Shown: positions 9,911 through 20,039 of the stretch, one piece after another | How positions within the stretch are numbered: position 1 is the stretch's first letter | Layout: each line of letters starts with the position of its first letter | Assembly: GCF_000142905.1 (NCBI RefSeq) | Contig: NW_013657639.1 | Coordinates: 296,899 to 350,512, forward strand | Length of the DNA stretch: 53,614 nt | From: Thecamonas trahens ATCC 50062 | Lineage: Eukaryota > Protista > Apusomonadida | Direction: 5' to 3' | The notes under the pieces: generated by a model | What the model saw: the letters and a program-made list of their open reading frames with translations, nothing else | Database searches by the model: none | Told to the model about the DNA's origin: nothing | Position numbers and translations under genes: made by a program

Positions 9911-10984
9911 ATGAGCAGCACCGAAGAGAGCAAAAGCGGAGGACAGGAGTGCGTGGTAGGGAGCGGCGAGGTGCTGGAGGTGTTCAAGGCATGGAGCGTG
10001 GCCAAGGTCATCCTGCCGCATCACCAAAGCAGGGAGAGGGGGAATGGCGAGGCGCCGGCAGATGTGGACGGAAGGACGGCGGCGAGGACGGTGGCGACGA
10101 TTGATGGGCTGGTGAGCAAGTCGCTGGCGTCACGTATCGACAAGTCGTATGCACCCGAGTGTTTGGCGCTCAACGAAGGCCTCCCGGACTCGTCGGAGGA
10201 CTTTATGATCATGGCGCTCGGGATCGTGGCCGAGGTCGCCGCCGCTGCAGACGCGTACGTGGAGAAGCGGGCCGAAGTGACTGCTCGGCTCGGAGCCGAA
10301 CTGTTTGAAGACCTGCCGCCAGCTCTGGACCTGGATCTGCTGGAGACGATCGCGTGGCGGAACGGCTCTCTGCGGTACATGATTGTCTGCTGCTTCCTCG
10401 GCGATGAAATGCGGGCTGGCACCGCTGGACGACTGCCCAAGCTACGGGAGATGCTGCCGCAGTTGGCGTCTGAGGCGCTGTTCTGGCTTGTGCGGCTTGT
10501 CGGGCGGCGGCTGGACGCCGATGCCAGCGCCGCGGCGACTCGCCCTGCCGCCGCTGCGGTGGTCACGGGCGGCAGCGAGGGAGTGGCCGAGCTCGCAGGC
10601 TCGGCGGCCAACGAGGACTCGATCCGCGCATTGCTTGCGCTTGGCGTGTACTCGTCGACCCACTTGCTGGCGCTCATCTACGCTGGCGATCTCACGTTCT
10701 GGATGGCGACCGCCGAGGAGCTCAATGGCGGCGTTGTGAGCGAAGCCGATCTTTCGCCTGCGGTCAGACACGCTTTGGCCGCCATCCTCGCGGCGTACCC
10801 CACCAGCGACCATGGCGTGCCGGACGACGTGGCAGGAGCACTTGGTGAGCCCGCGGGCCTTGCGCGCCTCTTCCTCAGCACCTTTGTCCACGTCGTCGAC
10901 AACCTGATCGCTGGGGCCGGATGGGACGCATCGGCAGCGCGTGACCGGCTCGCCGCTCTTGCTGTCGGCAGTGTGTCCGAATGA
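9911..10984 (+). CDS. RIMOC1: C5orf51 / RIMOC1-like protein (RAB7-MON1-CCZ1 interacting)
   Basis: ETIAWRNGSLRYM, ALLALGVYSSTHLLALIYAGDLTFW and LFLSTFVHVVDNLIAGAGWDASAA parallel, in order, the human C5orf51 blocks as I recall them (ECLSWRRGALLYM, LLSAGIFSDIHLLAMMYSGEMCYW, ILKKYVSVCEGPL...WN). Confidence 0.72.
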   Translation: MSSTEESKSGGQECVVGSGEVLEVFKAWSVAKVILPHHQSRERGNGEAPADVDGRTAARTVATIDGLVSKSLASRIDKSYAPECLALNEGLPDSSEDFMIMALGIVAEVAAAADAYVEKRAEVTARLGAELFEDLPPALDLDLLETIAWRNGSLRYMIVCCFLGDEMRAGTAGRLPKLREMLPQLASEALFWLVRLVGRRLDADASAAATRPAAAAVVTGGSEGVAELAGSAANEDSIRALLALGVYSSTHLLALIYAGDLTFWMATAEELNGGVVSEADLSPAVRHALAAILAAYPTSDHGVPDDVAGALGEPAGLARLFLSTFVHVVDNLIAGAGWDASAARDRLAALAVGSVSE

Positions 10985-11091
10985 CGGCTTTTTTCTGCAC
11001 CTGCCACTCGGGCACGCGTGACCGGCTCGCCGCTCTTGCTGTCGGCAGTGTGTCCGAATGACGGCTTTTTTCTGAACCTGCCACTCAGGCA
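10938..11091. repeat. 77-bp direct tandem duplication (2 copies, 2 mismatches)
   Basis: cgcgtgaccggctcgcc...ccactc(g/a)ggca occurs at 10938-11014 and 11015-11091. Confidence 0.95.
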
Positions 11092-11124
11092 CTTGCTGCT
11101 ACTCGATGTCGAACTGGAGGAGCT

Positions 11125-13197
11125 ATGGAAGATGGAGAAGCGCAGTTCACAGGACGTGCAGCGGAGGGTGTGGTCTTTGACTCTGCCGCGTGTGGGCGGT
11201 ATCTGATGCACACAGCGGTGTTGAGGAGCCTTGCGGTGCGTGCCGGGCTGTGGTCCAGTGTGGAACGCGTGACACGGGTGGCGAGCGAGCTTTTTTCTCG
11301 CTGGGCAGCTGCTCGCGTGCAAGGAACACCTTTCTCTCGAACAGCGACGGAGAAGGGAGACATGTCTGCACTCAGTGCGTCGCCGCTGGTGGTGCGTGGT
11401 GGACTGAGCAAGCTGGAATACGTGGCGCGTGATGAGCGGACGGTGCACGATGAGCTGGTGCGGGCGTTGCATGCAGGCCCGTTGTACCACGGCCTGCGGC
11501 CAGCATGCAGTGTGACGGAACTGTCACGGAAGGAGACGCGGAAGCGGCGGCTGCGCGGGCTGGACGTACTGCTGAAGCAGAGCAAAAATCTCTCGCACAT
11601 GATGTGGGCACAGCCGGTAGATCGCATCCGGATGTCGGTGGCCAAGCAGCTGTGGTCGGCGCCACAGTACTGGGCCCTGGCGGCGTCTGCGCCTTCCAAG
11701 TCCGGCGCGGCACCGACGATGTCGTTCCTGGAGAAGGGCAAGGTAGTGCGCTACATGATGTGGGCGTGGGTGGTCGAGACTGCACACTCTGGTGCGGGCG
11801 CGATTGCCGCCGGCGACCTTGAGGCGGTGCGGTGCTATCGTTTGTCCGCGACTGGCGCGCTAGTGCGGCGCGGGATAACCGAGACGCTCACGGGGCTGCA
11901 GCTGCAGCAGAGAGGGATGCTGGAGACCGAGTCGCTGGAGCTGGAGCTGGGCGAGTGCCTAAAGGCGTTGGCGGCGGTGGCGTCGCTGCTGGTGCCGCCA
12001 GAGGCCGGCAAGTGGGACGAGGCATGGCCGGGACAAGTGCATGTCTTTGATGTCGACGAGCTCATTTCGTTGCTGGCGACGCTCTTGGCGCGGGCTGTGG
12101 GCAATGGCATGAAGGTGTGCCAGGAGGCGCTCAAGAGCGGCGAGAAGGCGAAGGCCGTGCTGAAGTTACCTGTCGTGCTGGGCAACTTTGTGAGCACGAT
12201 GTACAACATGGTGCGACGGCAAGTGGCACAGGACCGGCGGAACAAGTCGCAGATTGTGCTCACCATTCTCGACAAGGCGGTGCGGATCGGGGCGTCGGGA
12301 GGGGGAACCGATGCGCGGACTTGGCAGGCGTGCCAGGTCGTCGACCACTTTGCCGAGCTCTTCCATATTCCGCGCCACAAGCTCGACATCCCGCGGAACC
12401 GGAAGTGGTGGACGCGCCACCTGGAGCGCGGCAAGGTGTTCAAGTACGCAGGACGGTTTGTGGTGCCGCAGCATGCAGACCTCGCCCAACTCGACGTCTC
12501 GTCGGATGTGCTCAAGGCAGTGTGGGACTTTCAGCGACGCGGCTCGCTCTCGGGGCGGGTCTTTGTCTGCGTCTGCCTCGGGCAGGATCCAAGCAAGCCG
12601 CCGGGCATGCCGCGCTACAAGCAGCGTCTGGGTGCGGCGGTTGTAGAGCCCGAAGCCGTGGTCGAGGCTGACGACGGCGCGGCCGAGCCGCCGCTGCCCG
12701 CGCCAGGCACAGGCACGACCAAAGTAGTCACCATGCTTGCCGAGTTTGTGGAGGCGGAGCTGACGGAACTGCTGATGAGCATGCAGCCGCCGAAGAAGAA
12801 CGCGCCTGTGTGCGGCAGAAGCGCGGCGATGTGCACGCCGGCGGAGGTGGCGGTGGCGGTCCAGCCGGAGGTCTCGCCGGGCGGGCGGCCTGGCTCTGCG
12901 TTTGTGGTACCCGGGCTGTCACCGCTGCGGCTGGCCGCGGCAGACGAGATGCTGAGCACTGTCGAGTGTTTGGGTGGGACGATGCCGAACCCGCTCACCC
13001 CCCTTGATCCTACGCGGGTGCGACGGCGAGTGCGTAAGCGCAAGCGGCGGCGGCATTCCTCGGGGACAGACAGCGAGCTCATCACTGTGCCGACAGCCCC
13101 AATCACGCCCGGAAAAGTCGCTCCGGGCAAGATTGAGCTAGTGCGTACGCCAAAGCGACCTCGCGGGCTGTGCCAGCCGAAGCGGCTCTTTGTTTAG
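11125..13197 (+). CDS. Hypothetical nuclear protein (690 aa)
   Basis: Long uninterrupted ORF with a helical-looking core. The C-terminal region has an NLS (RRRVRKRKRRR), several S/T-P sites and a terminal KRLF. Family not recognised. Confidence 0.75.
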   Translation: MEDGEAQFTGRAAEGVVFDSAACGRYLMHTAVLRSLAVRAGLWSSVERVTRVASELFSRWAAARVQGTPFSRTATEKGDMSALSASPLVVRGGLSKLEYVARDERTVHDELVRALHAGPLYHGLRPACSVTELSRKETRKRRLRGLDVLLKQSKNLSHMMWAQPVDRIRMSVAKQLWSAPQYWALAASAPSKSGAAPTMSFLEKGKVVRYMMWAWVVETAHSGAGAIAAGDLEAVRCYRLSATGALVRRGITETLTGLQLQQRGMLETESLELELGECLKALAAVASLLVPPEAGKWDEAWPGQVHVFDVDELISLLATLLARAVGNGMKVCQEALKSGEKAKAVLKLPVVLGNFVSTMYNMVRRQVAQDRRNKSQIVLTILDKAVRIGASGGGTDARTWQACQVVDHFAELFHIPRHKLDIPRNRKWWTRHLERGKVFKYAGRFVVPQHADLAQLDVSSDVLKAVWDFQRRGSLSGRVFVCVCLGQDPSKPPGMPRYKQRLGAAVVEPEAVVEADDGAAEPPLPAPGTGTTKVVTMLAEFVEAELTELLMSMQPPKKNAPVCGRSAAMCTPAEVAVAVQPEVSPGGRPGSAFVVPGLSPLRLAAADEMLSTVECLGGTMPNPLTPLDPTRVRRRVRKRKRRRHSSGTDSELITVPTAPITPGKVAPGKIELVRTPKRPRGLCQPKRLFV

Positions 13198-13589
13198 CCC
13201 TTTACGGTACGAAATGAACACATTTGTCCATCACACGAGCCGCGCTCCGCGACGCTCCACAGACGTCGCAACGTCCATCGCAGCAATAGAGTAGTGCAAT
13301 GAGTTGATGGCTGCCGTGGTCACTGGTGGGTTACAACAGAAAACAGTCGGCGATGCAAAGATGGACGCCACACGCGGCGCAATAGGTCCGCGGCCGCGAT
13401 CGCATACCATGAAGCTTCCGGCAGGCGAGGCAGTCGCATCGCGGAGCGGCTTGTTGGGGAATGTGGTGATGACAAGCAGCCGCTGCAGTGGTGCGCTCCC
13501 GCTTGCGCGACGGCGCGAAGCTGGCGGCGTCGGCGCTGGCGGCGAGGGCGTCGATGAGGCGTAAGGGAAGCCACGCGAGCTATGGCGGG

Positions 13590-13730
13590 GCGTGGGTTCA
13601 TGTCAGCGTAGAGCGCGTACGCGTTGATGCGCGCGGCGTCCAGAATCCAGAACAAGATGGCGTGCCACCACTTGCGCGGCCACGCCGACCGGCAAGCTCG
13701 TCCGTCGCAAGACGATCCACAACGTCCTCC
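13590..13730 (-). mobile_element. Degenerate piggyBac-like transposase fragment
   Basis: Minus strand reads RKWWHAILFWILDAARINAYALY, the conserved helix after the third catalytic Asp of piggyBac transposases. An upstream DVVDR lies out of frame. No TIRs or full ORF seen. Confidence 0.6.
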
Positions 13731-14026
13731 CGCTCTCCTGTCCGGCCGCTGTGTTCAACTCTGTCATGCTCTCCTTCCGGTCGTCGGGGTCGTCACCGCG
13801 ACGGTAACTCGAGCATCCTTCAGGCGGACCTCTACGTGTCGGCCGCCATCACGTACAGGTGCGCCTCCTACCTCAAGCCGCAGGCCAAGCAGGCGTCGCG
13901 CATCGTCTACTGGTGACCTGGAAGTCAAGCATCATCGGGTTGCTCACTTTGAGAAGCGCGACAACGCGTCCGAACGACCGTACCGTAAGAGTTAGCCGCT
14001 CTTTGGGTAAATAACTCTGTCTCAGC

Positions 14027-17000
14027 ATGTCAGCGGCGTGTCGGAACAGCAGCGTGTTCCCATTGGCGCCAAGTCGGCCGATACTCGACTCGCAACAGCC
14101 ACAAGCAGGCGGAAGGGGCTTGTTCCGGAAGGGGAAAGCGCGGGGAGGCATGCGCGGGTCAGAGAACAGCTCGAGCGAGTCTGGCGGCTCGAGCGAGGAG
14201 GTGGTGCGGCGGCTGTCGTTTGACGATGGAGGCGCCAAAGTGCGCGGTGGCAGCAGGCGGCGGGTGCGCGGGGGCAAGGGCAGGGGCAGGAGCAGGGGCA
14301 GGGGCAAGGAGAACAGGTCACCGGTAGACTCGAGCTCGGGCTCGGGGTATGACTCGGGGTATGGCTCGGGCTCGGGCTCGGGCTCGGGTTATGGCTCGGG
14401 TTCGGGCTCGGGAACGACAGGCAGCGATGGCTGCGGAGCGACCAGCCAGAGCTCGAGCTCGTCGCGGCGGAAGAGACGGAAGCGACGGGCAAGACGACGA
14501 CGGAAGGCCGGGCTGAGGTCGGGATCGGGATCAAGAAGTGGTGGTGGGACAGGCACGGGTTCGATCGACTTGATGACGCCTGGTGAGGTGCTGGACAACC
14601 CGCGGTACGCAGACCTTGATACGTTTGAGCGGTCGCTCTTGATGTCGCCGGCCAAGCCTGTGCTGGTCAACAAAGATGAGGTGCCGCGGATCCGCGAGGG
14701 TAAGAAGAGCAAGCGGCGGTCGGGATCGTCGACGCGGACGCCAAGCCGGGCGTCAACGCCGGCCGAGTCCTCCTCGGAGACATCTGGACTATCGGACGAC
14801 TCGAGCGAGTCATCGCAGGCCTCGCCCGTGGGGGGCAAGGCCGGGCACCGGCGCGGGCGCCGGGATCGGTTGGCGGCACTCGAGTCGCGGGTCTCGTTCT
14901 CGCCAAGGGTCCAGGTCATCCTCGCCGGCGAGACACCTGCAGCCAATACGGTCTCTGTCGCTCACGATCCCACACTGCGGCGGGGCGGGCGGGCAACGGC
15001 CATGACATCGACTTTGACAGCGTCGGACCCGGGCCGTACGCCGAAGGCCGCACCCACCGCCACCGCCAGGAGCGGGCGTGCTGCATTGTACAATGAATCA
15101 AGCCGTGAGCGATTGGTTCACGTCGGCGAGCGGCCGATCGGTGGCCGACGGTCGACGGCGGGCGAGGGCGCAAGCGCGAAGCGGTCACACTTGTCGTCGC
15201 CTGGCTAGGACGGTATGAGCTCGTACGTTTATGGATGATGATGGGTGTGCTTGTGTGTGTATGCTTGTGTGTGTGTGTGTGCGTGGTGGTGACGGTAAGG
15301 GCGTGGCTGTGGGTAGGGAGGGTCGTGGCGTGGCGGACGGGTGTCAGAAACACGACCTTTTTCGGACTCACGTCGCGACGAGGGTATGCGACAGGACTCT
15401 GGATGGCATTCCGCCCACCCCCGAGAAGGAGCCGCCAACAAGTGGACGGCGGGTCTCACGTCTCAAGCGAGCGTCACAGAACCAGCGGCGCTCACTCTCG
15501 GTCTCACAAGAGGGCGTGCCGGCCGTGGTGGCGTCGGTGGATCCCGAGTCGGAAGTCGACCTGGTGACCCAGCCTGAGCCCGAGCCGGTGACCCAGCCCG
15601 AACCCGAGCTGGAGTCCGAGCCGCAGCTTGGGCCCGAGATCGAGTTGGTGGGCGAGGTTGAGTTGGTTGGCGAGGTTGAGCTGGTGCCCGAGGTCGAGCC
15701 GGTGTCCGAGGCTGAGCCGGCGGTGGCCGCGGTCGAGCCGGCGGTGCCCGAGGTCGAGCCGGTGCCCGAGGCCGAGCCGGCGGTACCCGAGGTCGAGCCG
15801 GTGCCCGAGGCCGAGCCGGCGGTGCCCGAGGTCGAGCCGGTGCCCGAGGCTGAGCCGGCGGTGCCCGAGGTCGAGCCGGTGTCCGAGGCCGATCCCGAGG
15901 CCGATCCCAGACCTGAGCCGATGCTTGAGCAGGCACCCGAGCCCGAACCCGAACCTGAGCCAAAGACCACACGCTCTCGGCGCGGCACAAAGGCAAAGGG
16001 AGCTGGCAAGACAAAGAAGGACACGAAGAAGACAAAGGCTGCGGCCAAGGCCAAGTCAACGCGAAACTCGTCGCGCAAGCGCAGGCGTGGCTCGCCCGAG
16101 CCAGACAACAGCGACCGCGACGATGAGACTGCCGCGAGCGCCGAGGCTGCGGCCAAGGCCAAGTCAACGCGAAACTCGTCGCGCAAGCGCAGGCGTGGCT
16201 CGCCCGAGCCAGGCAACAGCGACCGCGACGATGAGACTGCCGCGAGCGCCGAGGCTGCGGCCAAGGCCAAGTCACCGCGAAACTCGTCGCGCAAGCGCAG
16301 GCGTGGCTCGCCCGAACCAGACAACAGCGACGGCGACGATGAGACTGCCGCGAGCGCCGAGGCTGCGGCCGAGGCAAAGGCCGAGGCCGAGGCCAAAGCC
16401 ATGGCGGAGGCCATCGCCGTTGCAGAGGCCGCAGAGGCCATGGAGGGGCGGTCGTCTCGTGGACGCCGCTCCCGACGTGGTAAGGCGCCTGTTTATGCAC
16501 CTCCAAACCTCGACGATGGCTTTCCACCCTTGCTGTCAGAGTCAGAGGACGAGAGCTCGTCGTTTAGCATTCACAACGAGGAGAGTGATGACAGCGACGG
16601 CGGAGACGGGTCATCCGAACTCGAGCCGCCGCCGCGGAAGCGGGGACGAACCAGGTCTGCGCCCAAGAAGAAGGCCACGCCGAGGAAAAAGGCCGCGCCC
16701 AGGAAAAAGGCCGCGCCCAGGAAAAAGGCCGCGCCTAGAAAGAAGGCCACGCCCAAGAAGAAGGCCACGCCCAAGAAGAAGGCCACGCCCAAGAAGAAGG
16801 CCACGCCCAAGGGTCGTGCATCGCGGCGCGGCCGCTCAGCAAGCAGCAACCACGACGACGACGACAACGACGACGACGACGACGGCGGCGACAATGACGA
16901 TGAGACATACACCACCAACGGCAATGACGACGATGGTAACGACGACGACGACGACGACGACGAGCCGGTGCCAAAGCGGCGCAGAACATCAGCCAGGAAG

Positions 17001-17225
17001 CCGGTGCCGCCCGTGGCCGCGCCTGCAGCGTCACGCAAGCGTGCGCTGCCGTCGGGCGGATCGGCCAAGCCGCTCTCGCTTCCGGCGCGCAAACGTGCCA
17101 AGCCGCTGCTACCGTCTGGGGAGAGCAAGGGCCTTGGAGGCCTCAAGATGCTCAGTGGAGGCGTCCGCCGCCGGATGGGACTCTCGCGCCGCGGGGTCGT
17201 CCACTCACTCCACGGCTCCAAGTGA
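14027..17225 (+). CDS. Large disordered basic/acidic chromatin protein with C-terminal RAD51AP1-type RAD51-interacting motif; likely frameshift near 15166-15168 and intron 15223-15347
   Basis: ORFs 14027-15208 and 15231-17225 share composition. GTACGT donor at 15223 and CAG acceptor at 15347 join them if one base is added upstream. C-terminus RRRMGLSRRGVVHSLH resembles RAD51AP1 LRLGLSR..RVKPLH. The join is inferred. Confidence 0.6.
15680..15900 (+). repeat. Coding 39-bp tandem repeat (VPEVEPVPEAEPA)
   Basis: gtgcccgaggtcgagccggtgcccgaggccgagccggcg units repeated about 5 times. Confidence 0.85.
16036..16370 (+). repeat. Coding 108-bp tandem repeat x3 (36 aa, NLS-containing)
   Basis: AAAKAKSTRNSSRKRRRGSPEPDNSDRDDETAASAE units start at 16036, 16144 and 16252 and are near identical. 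Confidence 0.95.
16662..16811 (+). repeat. Coding 18-bp repeat, histone-H1-like P(K/R)KKA(T/A)
   Basis: About 8 units PKKKAT/PRKKAA. Confidence 0.9.
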
Positions 17226-17253
17226 GAATGCGACAAGTAAATGACAATTGACC

Positions 17254-18386
17254 TCAGCGCTCCGCATCATCAGTAAGAGGCGGCAGGATGGTCGGCGGTG
17301 GCGGCAGCGGTGCATCCCATCCGCGGTCGGGGTCCAATCCCGACCGCAGCGGGCTGCCGCCGTCAGTCGGCAGACGAAGGAGCAGCCGCTGCGCCGCGCG
17401 CGACGACTGCAGGTCGAGGATGTCGAGCACCGCATCCGAGTCGATGCCTTTGATCGGCGCTACAAGATTGATGTCGTCAACGACCTCGTCGAGCTCAAAC
17501 GTGATGTGGGCCTCCTTCATCTTGGCCGCCAGCACCGCGGCCTCTTCCTGTTCGTCCGGCCGCGGCGCCCGCCAGGCTTCGGTCTGCAGAAACAGCGCGT
17601 ACGCAGCCTGATCCGACGCGTAGCGTGCGCGCGCAGCCGAGCGGCCAATAGCGTCCTGGTCAGCAAGCGTCCGCAAGATGGGCCGGGTGAGCGGATGTGG
17701 GCCGATGGCGACCTTGGCGTCACGAGCGCGCTGCCGAGCACGCTCCTTGGCTAGCGCGCGCCCAGCGCGAGCTTTTTCTTCTCCGCCCGCGCCCGTGCTG
17801 CGGCGTCATCCTGTCGAGCTGCAGTGCGGCGGGCATCGATCTCGGAGTCAAGCTTGGCGAGCCGTGCCCGGTGGCAGGCGTGGGCGTCGCGGCGGCGGGC
17901 AGCAAACTTGGCCATGCGATCCTTCTCGCGCCGGACGCGCCGCGCCTCACGGCGGCGGCGGACAGCATCGTCGCGGATAGCAGCATCCAGCGCTCGTTCC
18001 TCCGCCATCTGCATCGAGAACAGCCGCACGTTCTGCGTCAGCTTGTGCAGCTCGTCGTCGAGCGCCTTGCCCGCCTGCGCTCGCGCCTGCTTGGCCCACT
18101 GCCACAGACTCGCCCGCCACTCCCCATCACGATGACCAGCCCTCTCACCATCCTTTGCGCCACTCCCGCTACTTCTACTACGTGGATCTGGCCCATGAAC
18201 ACGTCTCGGCGACCTCCTCGTCGCCTTGGCCAGGCCACCTCGACGCGGGCGAAGTCGACCTCCAGGCGGCAGTCTGGCAGGCCGAGGAGGACTCTGCTCC
18301 GGTGCCGTCAGCTCAGCCCGTTCCAACCGCGTCTGTAGCCGTCGCGCCCGACGCTCCGACTCGCTAAGCACTTGGACCTTCTGCAT
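17254..18386 (-). CDS. Hypothetical coiled-coil protein; apparent frameshift near 17773-17777
   Basis: Arg/Ala/Glu-rich helical ORF from MQKVQVL stops at 17751, but the same composition continues in the shifted frame (ARAGRALAKERARQRARDAK...) to the stop at 17254. Start uncertain. Confidence 0.6.
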
Positions 18387-18647
18387 GAAGCCGAGTCGTG
18401 ACCTTACCCCTACCCCTTGCCGCGACGGACGTGTCTGTCTCGGTGTCTGGTTGTGGCTGGCGAGTGTGATTGATCGCTTTGTGGGCGGTGATCGAGCGCC
18501 AGCCAGTGAACGGCAACAACTGACGCTGGTCTCCCGCCACCAGTCCTTTTGGGCGGAGTGAGTGGCAAGCAGGGCAAGTGGCCGAGTGAGGACAGAAGGC
18601 ACCACCAGAGGCACAGGAACAGCCACCGCACCCACACCCACACATAC

Positions 18648-18691
18648 CCACCACCACCACCACCACCACCACCACCACCACCACCACCACC
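18648..18691. repeat. (CAC)n microsatellite
   Basis: About 14 CAC units just upstream of ATG 18701. Confidence 0.9.
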
Positions 18692-18700
18692 GTAACACAA

Positions 18701-19768
18701 ATGGAACTCCCACCCGTACGTACACTTCCCCCCTCCCCTCCTCCCCCCCTTCCCCCCCTCTACCCTTCCCGCCCTCCCCGCCTCTGCCGCCACCTGCCGT
18801 TGGCCCCTCACCACTCGGCCGCCACTCGCTGGCACTCACTAGCATCTCGCCCGTTGTCTTTATGGCAGAGTCGTCCGGCTGGTCGCCCTGTGGCGGCAGA
18901 TTCTTCGTCGCAGGGCTACTCGCAGATCGAGTCGCACAACCGCACCCGTCGCAAGCCTGTCGGCTCGCCCTCTAACGCCCGTCGTGGCTACAACATCCTC
19001 GCCCCGCCGCAGGAGGCCGCGGCGGCTGGCGCGCAGAGAGGGAGTGATGCATCGCTCTCGCGGCATCAAGTGCAGCGGCCGACTGTTCAGCGTCGCTACG
19101 GTCGTCTTCCGCAGTACATGCCCGATGAGGTCCGCGCCAACGTCGCCGCCCGTTTTGGCGCTGCAGTCCCGCCGCAGCACCACCAGCCGCGTTCCCCGCC
19201 GCCGGCATCATCTAGCTACCCGGCCCGCTCGGCGCTTGGTGGAACTCGTGGCGCTCGGCTTGGGAACTCGGTCTCTTGGGCTCAAGAGCGCCGCCCGGAT
19301 CCGTATGCCGCACAGCGCGAGGCCGCCGACTACTCGGCCCAGGCTCTCGCTGAGGCCCAGGCTCAGGCCCAGGCTCAGGCCCAGGCTCAGGCTCAGGCCC
19401 AGACTCAGAGCTTGCAGCAGGAAGCAGGCTCACCGGCAGCTGGTGGCGAGGATGACGAGGCTTATCTGGCGTCGACCAAGTTCCTGCGGTCAGGCCACGA
19501 GCCGCCGGCCCGGTTCCGGTCGCTGAAGTGGAAGACAACCCGCGATGAAGAGCACCCGCTGTACCAGACGACTGCAGCCGACATTGGCTCGCGCAACCCG
19601 TCCGTTCACGAGCTTCCGATGCGCTGGCACGGCATCCGTGGCCAGTTCTCGTCGGCGCCCGCAGGCTCAAACGCCTACCGCACCGCGCCGCTCAACTCGT
19701 CGGCGCCGCGCAAGTCGTACATCTATGAGCGCCCGCTCCATGGCCCCACCTCGCTCTACCATCGCTAG
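18701..19768 (+). CDS. Pierce1/2-family (C9orf116/C15orf65, DUF4490) axonemal microtubule inner protein; probable intron 18716-18868
   Basis: C-terminal HPLYQTTAADIGSRNPSVHELPMRWHGIRGQFS...YRTAPLN matches the Pierce domain. GTACGT donor follows MELPP and a CAG acceptor at 18868 keeps frame. Confidence 0.8.
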   Translation: MELPPVRTLPPSPPPPLPPLYPSRPPRLCRHLPLAPHHSAATRWHSLASRPLSLWQSRPAGRPVAADSSSQGYSQIESHNRTRRKPVGSPSNARRGYNILAPPQEAAAAGAQRGSDASLSRHQVQRPTVQRRYGRLPQYMPDEVRANVAARFGAAVPPQHHQPRSPPPASSSYPARSALGGTRGARLGNSVSWAQERRPDPYAAQREAADYSAQALAEAQAQAQAQAQAQAQAQTQSLQQEAGSPAAGGEDDEAYLASTKFLRSGHEPPARFRSLKWKTTRDEEHPLYQTTAADIGSRNPSVHELPMRWHGIRGQFSSAPAGSNAYRTAPLNSSAPRKSYIYERPLHGPTSLYHR

Positions 19769-20039
19769 TCCGGCGGCATGTCGCCCCTGCGACCATAACA
19801 AGAGACCGATTGATACCGCCGATGTACAGCCATCAGGCGTGCCCAAGAGCAAGCATCAGCGCGAATGGAGGAGGCCTGCGTCAGTTGCCGACACTCGACT
19901 CTGTCCGGAGACGATTCAGGTGATTTGAAGCGAGCGGCAACCGAGGCATCGATCACTGTGTGAGAGACAGATTGAGCAAGAGAGAGAGAGAGAGAGAGTG
20001 TGTGTGTGTGTGTGTTTGTGTGTGTGTGCGTGAGTGAGT

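Noticed and set aside
9412-10011. 200-aa N-terminal extension of the PsuG-kinase ORF
   Set aside because: Pro/His/Ser low-complexity translation of a C-rich intergenic tract that overlaps the divergent gene. An upstream exon is not excluded but cannot be supported.
15368-17244. Long antisense and alternate-frame ORFs over repeat-rich and GC-rich genes (also 32185-34492, 36584-38685, 41718-43164)
   Set aside because: Shadow ORFs expected from high GC3 and coding repeats, with no independent domain signal.
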